Positions 1-8,641 of a stretch of 64,000 nucleotides of DNA are shown here, in pieces (position 1 is the stretch's first letter; every line of letters begins with the position of its first letter). Position numbers and translations under genes: made by a program. A model generated the notes under the pieces. That model worked only from the letters and a program-made list of their open reading frames with translations, searched no databases and was not told where the DNA came from. Source of the stretch: Terriglobales bacterium (lineage in GTDB: Bacteria > Acidobacteriota > Terriglobia > Terriglobales > Acidobacteriaceae); NCBI GenBank assembly GCA_049511255.1, contig JBEKYF010000005.1:32836-96835 (forward strand), given 5' to 3'.

Positions 1-309
1 CCGCGCCACCGACTCCACATACGACAGATCCGCGTCCCCACTTTCGGTCGGCGGTGTCCCGACCGCGATGAACACTGCCTCGCTCTCCCGCGTGGCCGCC
101 TGCAGATCGCCGGAAAACTTGATGCGCTGTCCCTGATGCCGGGCCAGCAACTCGGGCAGAAATTTTTCATGAATCGGCACCTCGCCGTTCCTCAGCGCCG
201 CCAGCTTCTTCTCGTCGTTATCGACCAGGACAACCTCGTGCCCCAGATCCGCAAAACACGCGCCCGTTACCAACCCCACGTATCCGGAACCAACCACCGC
301 GATGCGCAT
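1..309 (-). CDS. ugd: UDP-glucose 6-dehydrogenase family, N-terminal 103 codons (gene continues beyond window start)
   Basis: Not in the ORF track because it runs off the window edge. Hand translation of the minus strand from ATG at 309-307 gives MRIAVVGSGYVGLVTGACFADLGHEVVLVDNDEKKLAALRNGEVPIHEKFLPELLARHQGQRI...FIAVGTPP. The Rossmann GxGxxG and overall layout are typical of the UDP-glucose/GDP-mannose dehydrogenase N-terminal domain. Confidence 0.8.
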   Translation of the reverse strand, partial: MRIAVVGSGYVGLVTGACFADLGHEVVLVDNDEKKLAALRNGEVPIHEKFLPELLARHQGQRIKFSGDLQAATRESEAVFIAVGTPPTESGDADLSYVESVAR

Positions 310-830
310 AGCGAGCCTTCTCTCCTTGAATTTTCATGTGCACCTCCGGCTCGTCGGTGTGCACTTTCTTACTGTAGCAGCCTTTCCCGCCCTGACACCC
401 CTCTCCATCGTCATCGCCCTGTCCGCCGAACCCAGGAATGGGAATTCGAATCTCACAAAAAAAAGTGACCGCCATCACCGTCCCAACAGTCAGCATTATG
501 CAGCCTGTTTGTCCTGTAATACCGTGATGGGGTTGTCAAGCGGAAAGGCAATGCAGCGCGTTCTCGTTTCCTGATCTGAAAAAGCTGCGACGTGTTTCAG
601 AGGCTGATGCTCGGCCCGGATTTCCTTTCTGTACGCCGGACCGACGGCATTATATGCCAGATTTTGTTGCTTCGGGACCGCTCCGTTCACCATGTAAGTC
701 CGCGCGCCCCAAATCACAAAATTACCGACTTCCAAATCTCTCCCCAGCAATTGACTTCCCCCCCATTTCGCGGGAAACTCGCCTCTGAGCCTGCTTCCCA
801 TCGCATCACCGCAGGCTGCCGGAACATAAT

Positions 831-2186
831 ATGTTCCCGCAACCTATGTCGAGGCCCGAGTTCCGCCCTGACGATTCGCATCTTGACCTGACCGGCGTCC
901 TCGAGCAGCACCTCCTCGCCGGTTTTCCGCCCGACCTCGCTCTCGATTTAGTCCTCAACGAACTCGTGGTCCGTGCCGCCGAAGCCACCCGCGCCAGCGC
1001 CGCCGCCCTGGCCCTCGCCCGCGGCGATGAAATGGTCTGCCGTGCCGCTACCGGACAACTCGCCCCGGATCTCGGCGTCCCCCTCAACACCCGCGACGGT
1101 CTCTCCGGCGCCTGTCTTCAAACCCGTCAACCCCAGCTTTCCGTCGATACCGAGTCCGACCCTCGCGTCGACCCCGCCATTTCCCGCCGCCTCGGCATTC
1201 GCTCCATCCTCATCGTTCCCGTCTTCGACACGAACGACAACAACGCTCAGTTCACTGGAGTCCTCGAAGTCTTTTCCCCCTCTCCCGCCGCCTTCTCCGA
1301 CTTCGACCAGAAACTACTCGAAGGCTTCGCCGAGGAGTGCTCCCGCATCCGCCACGCCGCGATCGAACTCGGTCAGCGCCCGCCCGCCGCCGCGCTCGTC
1401 CCGCCCGAGCTCGTCCCGGCCGAGTTCGTCCCGCCCGAGTTCATCGCAGCTAGCCCTCTGCCTGTCAGCCAGCCTCCCTACAGAGCCTGGTCCCTCGTCC
1501 TTGGATCTCTAGCCATTCTCGCCACCATCGCCGTCAGCTTCCTAATCGGCTCCCGCATCGAAGGGCTCCGTCCCACCGCATCCCGTACCCGGACCTCTCA
1601 GCCCATCCCCGCTGAGCCAAGCGTGCCCCGACTGCCAGCAAAGTCCACTGCCGCAGCCCACCGCGCAAATCCATCATCGCCAGAAAAATCGTCCGCAAAA
1701 GCGTCCTGGCAGGCGTCTCCGACTCCCGCCGAAGACGAACTAGTCGTCTACGAAAAAGGCAAAGTCATCTTCCGCATGAGGCCGGCTCCCATCAAGCCCG
1801 ATTCCACCAAGCAAGACAGCGATTCCATCGTAGAAGCATCGTCTACGACTAGGATCGCACCAACTAAGATCGCCACCCCGAAGATCGCCACACCCCAAAG
1901 CGTCTGGCTCGCTCCCGCGCAAGCTGAAACCCGCCTCCTCAGTCGCACCGAGCCCCAGTATCCCCCCGAAGCCCTAGCCGCCCATCGCGCCGGCGACGTG
2001 GTCCTGGAAGTCCAAGTCGCCGAAGACGGCTCCGTCTCCAACATCCGCACCCTAAGCGGAGATCCCCTCCTGGCCGCGGCCGCCACCGAAGCCGTCCGCA
2101 ACTGGCGCTACCAGCCCTATCGCCAGCACGACCACCCCGCCCAGTTCCAGACGGACGTAACTCTGACCTTCACCCTCCCCAACTGA
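831..2186 (+). CDS. GAF domain - TM helix - Pro/Ser-rich linker - TonB C-terminal domain protein
   Basis: 451-aa ORF. The N-terminal ~170 aa look GAF-like (LALARGDEMVCRAATG...GIRSILIVPVF...TGVLEVFS). One hydrophobic helix follows (WSLVLGSLAILATIAVSFLIG). The C-terminus EPQYPPEALAAHRAGDVVLEVQVAEDGSVSNIRTLSGDPLLAAAATEAVRNWRYQPY is a typical TonB_C fold signature. Confidence 0.8.
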   Translation: MFPQPMSRPEFRPDDSHLDLTGVLEQHLLAGFPPDLALDLVLNELVVRAAEATRASAAALALARGDEMVCRAATGQLAPDLGVPLNTRDGLSGACLQTRQPQLSVDTESDPRVDPAISRRLGIRSILIVPVFDTNDNNAQFTGVLEVFSPSPAAFSDFDQKLLEGFAEECSRIRHAAIELGQRPPAAALVPPELVPAEFVPPEFIAASPLPVSQPPYRAWSLVLGSLAILATIAVSFLIGSRIEGLRPTASRTRTSQPIPAEPSVPRLPAKSTAAAHRANPSSPEKSSAKASWQASPTPAEDELVVYEKGKVIFRMRPAPIKPDSTKQDSDSIVEASSTTRIAPTKIATPKIATPQSVWLAPAQAETRLLSRTEPQYPPEALAAHRAGDVVLEVQVAEDGSVSNIRTLSGDPLLAAAATEAVRNWRYQPYRQHDHPAQFQTDVTLTFTLPN

Positions 2187-2596
2187 GCGATCGTCCGACC
2201 GACTGCCACAAGGGTCCCCTTGACAAAGCCAGAGCCTTCGCTCTTATCGAGGGGCAAACGGCTCTTTCGCGTGACGGGCACGCGAAAGAGCGTTCCTGCA
2301 AGTTTTCATGGCATTGGACTCTGGGTCGGCGTAGATAAAATGTTGGCTCCATTCAGAGAAACAGTAAAAATCAGAACTTCATTGCCTTATACCCTCCGCC
2401 GATCCTCTGACACTGTTCGTCTTCGATAGTCCAATTCTCCGATTCGCATCTACCCGGCCGGACATCACACCCTACGAATCATTTAGGGGATTTCCGTTTG
2501 TGCTTGATGGGCAATGCTGTGCCCGAACCATCACTGCTCCCCCATCGATATTCGTCAGGGAACTAATAGCCAGTGTGCGGCATAGTGGAACATGAT

Positions 2597-3643
2597 ATGC
2601 CGGTGCTGAAATCAATCAAGCGCGCCGTCGTGACTGCGGGAAGATCGTCGGGGGCGTTCCGGCTGATTGCCGATTCGGACTGGCGGCGATCCCGCTTGCT
2701 AATCCTTGGCTATCACGGGGTTTCATTGGAGGATGAGCACGAATGGGATGGAGCGCTCTACATGAGCCCGGCGAAATTCCGGTCGCGTATGGAGGCCATT
2801 CAACGCAACCGTTGCACCGTTCTCCCGCTCCAGGAAGCTCTTGAATTGTTGCGGCTCCACAAGCTTCCGCCTCGTTCTGTCGTCTTGACTTTTGACGACG
2901 GAACCTACGATTTCTACAAAACCGTCTGTCCGATTCTGAATGAATACGGCTATCCCGCGACTGTGTACCTCGCAACCTATTGGATGACGCTCCAGCTTCC
3001 AGTCGTTCCGGGCGCCTGGAGTTATATGCTGTGGAAAGGGCGGAACTCGGTTATTGATGCCAGCAGCTTGTTGGACCAAGCGGCGACGTTCGATCTTCGT
3101 ACGCCAAAGGGACGCTCAGAAGCACTGAAGCAGATGCGGGCCCGGGCGGAATCCCAAGATCTGGCCGGCGAGCAGCGCGACGCCATGTCCAGACAACTCG
3201 CACATCTGCTGGGATTTGATTATCAGGAATTCCGTTCCAAAAGGATTATCCAGTTGCTCAGGCCGGAGGAGGTGAAGGCCGTGGCCTCTTCCAGCGTCTC
3301 GGTGCAGTTGCACACGCATCATCATCGCACCGCGAAAAACCGGGAAGCCTACCTTTGCGAATTACAAGAAAATCGGCGGCAAATCAATGCCATTTTAGGC
3401 TCCAACCCCACCCACTTCTGCTATCCTAGTGGCAATCACAAGCCAGAACATATCCCCTGGCTGCAGGAAGCTGGCGTCGTCTCTGCCACTACGTGTGTTC
3501 CTGGAATCGTGTCCGAGTCTACCAACCCGCTGCTGTTGCCACGTTTGATCGATACTTCTTTCCTGAGCGACGATCAATTTGAGGGCTGGCTCGCGGGATT
3601 CGGAGCGCTTCTTCCCCACCGGGTTCGGCGGCACCACGAATGA
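2597..3643 (+). CDS. polysaccharide deacetylase family protein
   Basis: The ORF 2573..3643 contains LILGYHGVS...VVLTFDDGTYDFYKTVCPILNEYGYPATVYL, a NodB-type deacetylase signature. ATG at 2597 is preferred over GTG at 2573, so the start is uncertain. The stop overlaps the next gene (ATGA). Confidence 0.8.
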   Translation: MPVLKSIKRAVVTAGRSSGAFRLIADSDWRRSRLLILGYHGVSLEDEHEWDGALYMSPAKFRSRMEAIQRNRCTVLPLQEALELLRLHKLPPRSVVLTFDDGTYDFYKTVCPILNEYGYPATVYLATYWMTLQLPVVPGAWSYMLWKGRNSVIDASSLLDQAATFDLRTPKGRSEALKQMRARAESQDLAGEQRDAMSRQLAHLLGFDYQEFRSKRIIQLLRPEEVKAVASSSVSVQLHTHHHRTAKNREAYLCELQENRRQINAILGSNPTHFCYPSGNHKPEHIPWLQEAGVVSATTCVPGIVSESTNPLLLPRLIDTSFLSDDQFEGWLAGFGALLPHRVRRHHE

Positions 3644-4572
3644 TCAGTCTCGAAAATGAAATTGCGGACACGACCGCGGGATGCATACGGGAACTCAATA
3701 CCTCCGCATTGTTTCCCGTTGTAGAAAAACTGCGTGCCCACGGAACTTACGAGAGTGTGTTGAGGTCCATCCTGGCGTCCTCCAACCGCGAGCAAGCGTT
3801 GCTCACGCTCGCGGCCCAGCTTGGACAAGTCCCGGAGCAGCATGGGAACGGTACCTTTGCTCTATCCCGGGTGCTGCTTGCCGGAGTCGCGCTGCAAAAC
3901 TTAAAGAGACTGGAAGACCTGCCACTGGAAACTTCCGTAAAGTCGATGCTGTGCGATTATTGCAAGTTCTTCGTCAGCCCACCCTCCGACGAAATGCCGC
4001 TTTTTGATCCCAACCAATATTCATTTCTGGCCCTTGCCAAGATAGCTTTATTGGAACGATTCCCGGCCGGCCAGTTCGATTGGGAAATTTCCGGATTTCC
4101 TCGCTCGTGGCTGTTGAAGATGCCGCTCTCCTCGTTGCCGAAGGTCGCATATTTCCTGGCCCGCCGGTTGAAAGGCTTCGCGCCCTGCATCCATCCGCAT
4201 CTGTCATTTCGACGGAAAAATTCCTTGATCCTCACTCCACGGGAATGCCAGAAATCGTGGTACCGCATGGCCATCTCCGTGGAGCGGCAGCCGAAGATTC
4301 GAGGGCTGGTTGCCCGTTCCTGGCTTTACTCTCCCGATACATTCAAGGTGAGCCCGCATCTCTCCTTTCTGGTTGAGCCATTTCTTGAGTCCGGCGGACT
4401 GGTTACGACACGCGGGAAGGCCGATGCCGACGCCGGCTTCCTGGTTGGCAGCGAGTCCCGCAGAAAACTATACGAGAGCGGAGAATTCAAGCCTACGATG
4501 GGTCTTGTGTTGTGGACGCGAGACCAGATGATCCAATGGGCCCACTCACATCCAGAATTTGGCGATCCTTAG
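3640..4572 (+). CDS. hypothetical protein (310 aa), translationally coupled to the deacetylase
   Basis: Long ORF with a 4-nt ATGA overlap with the upstream gene. I recognise no motif. Confidence 0.65.
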   Translation: MISLENEIADTTAGCIRELNTSALFPVVEKLRAHGTYESVLRSILASSNREQALLTLAAQLGQVPEQHGNGTFALSRVLLAGVALQNLKRLEDLPLETSVKSMLCDYCKFFVSPPSDEMPLFDPNQYSFLALAKIALLERFPAGQFDWEISGFPRSWLLKMPLSSLPKVAYFLARRLKGFAPCIHPHLSFRRKNSLILTPRECQKSWYRMAISVERQPKIRGLVARSWLYSPDTFKVSPHLSFLVEPFLESGGLVTTRGKADADAGFLVGSESRRKLYESGEFKPTMGLVLWTRDQMIQWAHSHPEFGDP

Positions 4573-4591
4573 TTGCAGTCTGTTTTCAAAG

Positions 4592-4711
4592 GGTTCGAGA
4601 CCCGGGAGCCTCGCCGCCGCGAAAACGGCCGGTATCGTGAAATTCTTGTGCTCGGATGCCACGGCGTTCATCACCGGGCAAACAATTATCGTCGATAGTG
4701 GAGCGATGCCA
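4592..4711 (+). pseudogene. C-terminal remnant of a short-chain dehydrogenase/reductase (SDR)
   Basis: The frame of ORF 4559..4927 reads ...GSRPGSLAAAKTAGIVKFLCSDATAFITGQTIIVDSGAM. This matches the conserved SDR C-terminal block (FLxSDxAxFITGQxxxVDGG). No SDR N-terminus (TGxxxGIG) exists upstream, because the preceding sequence is another gene in a different frame. Confidence 0.5.
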
Positions 4712-4787
4712 CAGCTTCAGGGTCGCCTGTTTACCTGCCCTCTCAGTTGTATCCAGCGTGAAGACGCCCGCAGCGCCAGCGGTCACG

Positions 4788-6125
4788 ATGGGTCGGGCGC
4801 ATCAGGAAGGAACGAATACAGTGAAAAGGTTATGCCGCTGGTTGGAAACGTTAAAGCTTATACACGTAGTTGCCTTTCTGCTGGTCCTTGGAGTGGTTGT
4901 CCATCTTGCGGCCTTGGCGATTCTTAGAATTCACCCGACTGTCGTTTTCGCCGAAATGGAGCAGATTGCGCGCAGTCTGGCCGAGAATGGCACGTTTGCC
5001 AATCCATTCAAGGTCCCCACTGGACCGACGGCTCACCACGCTCCCGTTTACCCTCTGCTGCTGAGCCTTATCTTTAGAGCATTCGGCTACGGTACTGCCG
5101 CCGCGTACGCGGTCGCAGCGATGAACATTTCTTTTGCTTCATTGCACTATGCTCTTCTACCGGTCTTGACCGACGTCGCAAGGATTCGTCGCGTCGTGGG
5201 CATCACGGCCGGCCTTTTCGGTGCCTTGGTCCCCTACCGGATTATGAAGGAGATTCGGTGGGAAACAACCCTATCGGCTCTGGTGGTTGTCGTATTGATC
5301 CTTCTTGCCACGCGCTGGTGGCAAGCCCCACGGCCCTCACGCCCGTCCACGTTTTTCTTAGGGCTTGCATGGGGCGCGGGAATGTTGTGCTGTCCCCCCT
5401 TATTGCCGGTGTTCCTGCTCTTACTGTTGTTCATTGGCGTATCCGCCTGGAAGCGCAAACAACCGCAATGGCAGCTTACCGTCGCCATTGCCGCTCTGGG
5501 CATGGTAGCTGCCGTTGCCCCTTGGACCATCCGGAATTATCGAGCGCTGGGCGGCTTGGTTTTTGTTCGAAGCAACTTCGGAATCGAACTCGATATTTCG
5601 AACCATTCCGGAACGCATGTCTTGGGCGCCGATAATATCTCGGTTGGATTTCCTGACAACTACTTTCACCAGCAACACCCGTGGTCGAGTCAGGAAAATG
5701 CGGAAAAGGTTCGCCAAATAGGAGAAGTTGAATTCAACCGGCAACGCCTGCGGCAAGCCCTGAACTGGATCCGAACCGATAAGCGCGAGTTCGCGAAGCT
5801 GACTCTGGAAAGGGTTGTCTTTTTTTGGTTCATGCCGTCCAAACCGCAACCGCTGAAAGCCTTAGTATTGATGGCTTGGACTCTGCCGGCCACCGCTGGG
5901 CTTTGGCTTGCGCTGTGCCGGCATCTTGCTCTGGGGTCCATACTGCTGTGCTTATGGATCGCATATCCCTTGGTCTACTATTTCCTGGAGGCCAATACCC
6001 GCTATCGCTATCCTATCGACTGGACCTTTACGCTGCTTGCCGTTTATCTTTTTTCCGAGCTTTACTCAAACAGCAGCCATCGTGTGCGTTCCGGGGCTGA
6101 GATGGAAGACCAACCCGGCAGCTGA
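4788..6125 (+). CDS. polytopic membrane protein, GT39/ArnT-like (PMT_2-type) glycosyltransferase candidate
   Basis: ORF 4656..6125 has about 10 or more hydrophobic helices. The first periplasmic-loop-like segment is FAEMEQIARSLAENGTFANPF, and the C-terminal region is soluble-like. The start is uncertain: ATG 4788 or GTG about 4821, since the first 44 ORF-track codons overlap the SDR remnant. Confidence 0.55.
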   Translation: MGRAHQEGTNTVKRLCRWLETLKLIHVVAFLLVLGVVVHLAALAILRIHPTVVFAEMEQIARSLAENGTFANPFKVPTGPTAHHAPVYPLLLSLIFRAFGYGTAAAYAVAAMNISFASLHYALLPVLTDVARIRRVVGITAGLFGALVPYRIMKEIRWETTLSALVVVVLILLATRWWQAPRPSRPSTFFLGLAWGAGMLCCPPLLPVFLLLLLFIGVSAWKRKQPQWQLTVAIAALGMVAAVAPWTIRNYRALGGLVFVRSNFGIELDISNHSGTHVLGADNISVGFPDNYFHQQHPWSSQENAEKVRQIGEVEFNRQRLRQALNWIRTDKREFAKLTLERVVFFWFMPSKPQPLKALVLMAWTLPATAGLWLALCRHLALGSILLCLWIAYPLVYYFLEANTRYRYPIDWTFTLLAVYLFSELYSNSSHRVRSGAEMEDQPGS

Positions 6126-6200
6126 GTTGCAGCCGAGCGCCCCCAGCACTGGCGCCTTTCAAGACCTGGACAACCGTTGCCACGCAAGTCGACATCTGCT

Positions 6201-7028
6201 CTACGAGAATGCCAACTCCTTAGCCCGCTGCACTGCCTTCACCACCGCCTTGATCAAAGTCACGCGCAGCTTGCCTTCTTCCAGTTCCATGATGCCGTCA
6301 ATCGTGCATCCTGCCGGTGTGGTTACCGCATCCTTCAACAGCGCCGGATGATCCCCAGTCTCCAGCACCACCCGCGCCGCGCCCATGGTTGTTTGAGCCG
6401 CCAAAAGCGTAGCCACATCGCGCGGTAATCCTACCTTTACCCCCGCCTCCGCCAGCGATTCCAGAATGATGTAGATATATGCCGGCCCGCTCGCCGACAA
6501 TCCCGTGACCGCGTCCATATGTTTTTCGTCGACGACCACCGTCCGCCCCACCGCATCGAAAAACTTCGTTGCCGTTTCCAAATGCTGCCTGGTCGCGAAC
6601 TTCCCCTTGCACAGCGCGGTCATTCCCGCGCCCAGCACGCAAGGAGTATTCGGCATCGCCCGCACCACTGGCACTTCTTGCTCCAGCGCCCGCTCAATCA
6701 TCTCCGTAGGAACCGACGCCGCCACCGAAATCACCAACTGCTTCGCGCTCAAGTGCGCCCGAATCTCGCGCGCCACGTCCGCCACCACCTGCGGCTTCAC
6801 GCAGAGAAAAATAATGTCCGCGTCCTTCACGGCCTCCGAGTTATCGGTCCCCGCATGCACCTTCAACTTCTCCTTCAGCATCCGCGCGCGCTCCGGATGC
6901 GCCACCGTCGCCCAAGTCTGCCCCGGCAAGAGCAATCCATCCCGCAAGAAAGACTGCAGCAGAATCGATCCCATCTTCCCCGCACCCAACACCGCCACTT
7001 TCTTCTTCCCACTCAAACTCTGCGCCAT
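6201..7028 (-). CDS. proC: pyrroline-5-carboxylate reductase
   Basis: 275 aa. KKVAVLGAGKMGSILLQ Rossmann N-terminus, and the C-terminal ...DAVTGLSASGPAYIYIILESLAEAGVKVGLPRDVA...VTTPAGCTIDG is the classic ProC signature. Confidence 0.9.
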   Translation of the reverse strand: MAQSLSGKKKVAVLGAGKMGSILLQSFLRDGLLLPGQTWATVAHPERARMLKEKLKVHAGTDNSEAVKDADIIFLCVKPQVVADVAREIRAHLSAKQLVISVAASVPTEMIERALEQEVPVVRAMPNTPCVLGAGMTALCKGKFATRQHLETATKFFDAVGRTVVVDEKHMDAVTGLSASGPAYIYIILESLAEAGVKVGLPRDVATLLAAQTTMGAARVVLETGDHPALLKDAVTTPAGCTIDGIMELEEGKLRVTLIKAVVKAVQRAKELAFS

Positions 7029-7056
7029 GCGAATTCTCCCAACAACAAATTCTAGA

Positions 7057-7110
7057 TAGAGACGCGGCTTGCTGCGTCCAGCGTCTGAGACGAGGCAAGC
7101 CTCGGCTCTA
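7057..7110. repeat. 54-nt imperfect palindromic REP-like element (family C)
   Basis: TAGAGACGCGGCTTGC...GCAAGCCTCGGCTCTA, with arms matching at 14 of 16 positions, lies in the proC-lhgO gap. The left arm recurs at 9111-9132 (20 of 22 identical) inside a CDS. Confidence 0.55.
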
Positions 7111-7156
7111 CCGGAAGACTACACCAGTCGCCGAAATCAAGATCGCATTCCATCCG

Positions 7157-8371
7157 CTAACCCACAATCTCCTCCGGCACCATCTTCAATATCTCCCGCC
7201 CAATCGGCAACGAAGCCGTCGCCGCCGGAGAAGGCACATTCAGCACATGCAAAAACCGTTCTCGTCCCACAAACCGGAAATCATCCACCAGCGCGCCATC
7301 CGTCGCCACCGCCTGCGCCCGCACTCCCGAGCCGCCCGGCGTCATATCCTCCATCCGCACCTCCGGCACCAACTGCTGGCAAGAGCGCACAAACTCCCGC
7401 TTCCGCAGCGACCGCCGAAACTCCCCCAGCCCATTTCTCCAATGCCGCCACGCCATCGCCCGAAATCCCGCATCCAGGAACACTTCCATCGTTTCGCCCA
7501 AATCGAAATCCCTCCACCGGTATCCCTCCCGCCGGAACGCCAGCACCGCATTCGGCCCCGCATCCACATTTCCCTGAATCCGGCGCGTGAAGTGCACTCC
7601 CAGAAATGGATACCGCGGATCCGGCACCGGATAAATCAGCCCCCGCACCAACTCCCCCCGCGCCGCCGCCAGATCGTAATATTCCCCGCGAAACGGAACC
7701 AGAATCATCCCCGGATCATCCCCTGCCATGCGCGCTACCCGATCGCTATACAGCCCCGCGCAATTCACCACATATCGCGCCGAAAAATCTCCCGCTCGCG
7801 TTCGGACCACCACCGCACTTCCCACTCTGCCATTGGACCGCCCGAATCCCACTACCCCCGCACCCGTTTTCACTTCCGCCCCGCGTCCCGTCGCGATCTC
7901 CGCATACTTCGCCGTTACCGCCGCATAATCCGTGATCCCCGTCGACGGCACGTGCAGCGCTCGCACGCCGCCCACATGCGGCTCGATTTCCAGCATCGCC
8001 TCGCGCGACAGCAACCGCAAACCCTCCAAGCCATTCGCCATGCCCTGTGCCAGCAACTCGTCCAGCCGCGACACTTCCTCCGAGTTAGTAGCCACAATCA
8101 ACTTCCCGCACACCTCCTGCGGAATCCCATGCCGCGAGCAGAACTCCACCATCTCCCGCGCCCCCGCCACACACAGCCGCGCCTTCAGCGATCCCGCTTT
8201 GTAATAAACGCCGCTATGGATCACCCCGCTGTTGTGTCCCGTCTGATGCCGAGCCACTCCCGCCTCTTTCTCCAGAACCACCACCCGCAACCGAGGAAAC
8301 CGCTCGCCCACCTGCATGGCAAACGAAAGCCCAACAATTCCCCCGCCAATCACCGCGATGTCATAAGTCAT
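7157..8371 (-). CDS. lhgO: L-2-hydroxyglutarate oxidase-like FAD-dependent oxidoreductase
   Basis: MTYDIAVIGGGIVGLSFAMQ... is a dinucleotide-binding N-terminus, and length and motifs fit LhgO. ATG at 8371 is preferred to the ORF-track start at 8449, which would read through a REP element. Confidence 0.8.
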   Translation of the reverse strand: MTYDIAVIGGGIVGLSFAMQVGERFPRLRVVVLEKEAGVARHQTGHNSGVIHSGVYYKAGSLKARLCVAGAREMVEFCSRHGIPQEVCGKLIVATNSEEVSRLDELLAQGMANGLEGLRLLSREAMLEIEPHVGGVRALHVPSTGITDYAAVTAKYAEIATGRGAEVKTGAGVVGFGRSNGRVGSAVVVRTRAGDFSARYVVNCAGLYSDRVARMAGDDPGMILVPFRGEYYDLAAARGELVRGLIYPVPDPRYPFLGVHFTRRIQGNVDAGPNAVLAFRREGYRWRDFDLGETMEVFLDAGFRAMAWRHWRNGLGEFRRSLRKREFVRSCQQLVPEVRMEDMTPGGSGVRAQAVATDGALVDDFRFVGRERFLHVLNVPSPAATASLPIGREILKMVPEEIVG

Positions 8372-8384
8372 AAGAGTGTGTTTT

Positions 8385-8412
8385 GTGGAGAGACGGGCGC
8401 CCTCGCCCGTCC
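8385..8412. repeat. REP-like element family A core (28 nt)
   Basis: GTGGAGAGACGGGCGCCCTCGCCCGTCC contains the 8-bp hairpin GACGGGCG/CGCCCGTC. It is identical at 16501-16528 and 58270-58297, with a variant at 9252-9280. Confidence 0.75.
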
Positions 8413-8506
8413 AAGCCGTCCAAAGCACGGCAGCCTCACCGAAGATCATCCTACCTCACACCACGCACCATCGCCGTGACGCAAGAACAAGCGGGTGTGA
8501 CGCAAG

Positions 8507-8552
8507 AAAAAAAGCGCGGGTGCCCCACGTCTCGCGCTTTTCGAGACGTGGG
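8507..8552 (-). terminator. REP family B hairpin plus T7 tract, a candidate terminator of the BNR-protein gene
   Basis: Perfect 11-bp stem CCCACGTCTCG/CGAGACGTGGG at 8524-8552. On the minus strand a T7 run (8507-8513) follows after a 10-nt GC spacer that can form an alternative stem. Confidence 0.4.
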
Positions 8553-8577
8553 TACGGACACCTCCGCGCCCTCAATT

Positions 8578-8604
8578 ACCAATTACAAATCACCAATTAC
8601 AAAT
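8578..8604. repeat. tandem 13-nt AT-rich direct repeat
   Basis: ACCAATTACAAAT occurs at 8578-8590 and 8592-8604. Confidence 0.7.
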
Positions 8605-8641
8605 TCTCGGCGCTGTCCGCGTTCGGCCATAGATTGCCGCC

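Noticed and set aside
439-465. TGGGAATTCGAATCTCA looks like a tRNA T-arm (TTCGAAT-type loop), followed by an A8 run. It could be a tRNA or a tRNA-derived att remnant.
   Set aside because: The loop register is shifted by one nucleotide. No anticodon arm, D-arm or acceptor pairing can be built from the upstream 60 nt. No integrase is nearby.
496-801. 101-aa minus-strand ORF upstream of ugd.
   Set aside because: It has no recognisable motif and no convincing RBS. It shows only moderate GC3 and uses several rare AGA/AGG/TTA codons. I cannot support it as a gene.
7247-8479. 410-aa plus-strand ORF antisense to lhgO. There are similar long antisense or out-of-frame ORFs at 973-1512, 6505-7059, 11093-12232, 17381-18109, 19351-20046, 21522-22133, 25255-26175, 44614-45786, 49858-50715, 56314-57195, 58652-59347 and 62074-62796.
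   Set aside because: Their translations are Arg/Pro/His/Gly-rich low-complexity strings. They overlap genes with clear family signatures on the other strand or frame. This is typical of shadow ORFs in high-GC DNA with few stop codons.
8475-8604. Clustered direct repeats (GTGACGCAAGAA x2, ACCAATTACAAAT x2) as a possible mini-CRISPR array.
   Set aside because: There are only two copies each, the units are too short and no regular spacers exist. No cas genes are in the window.
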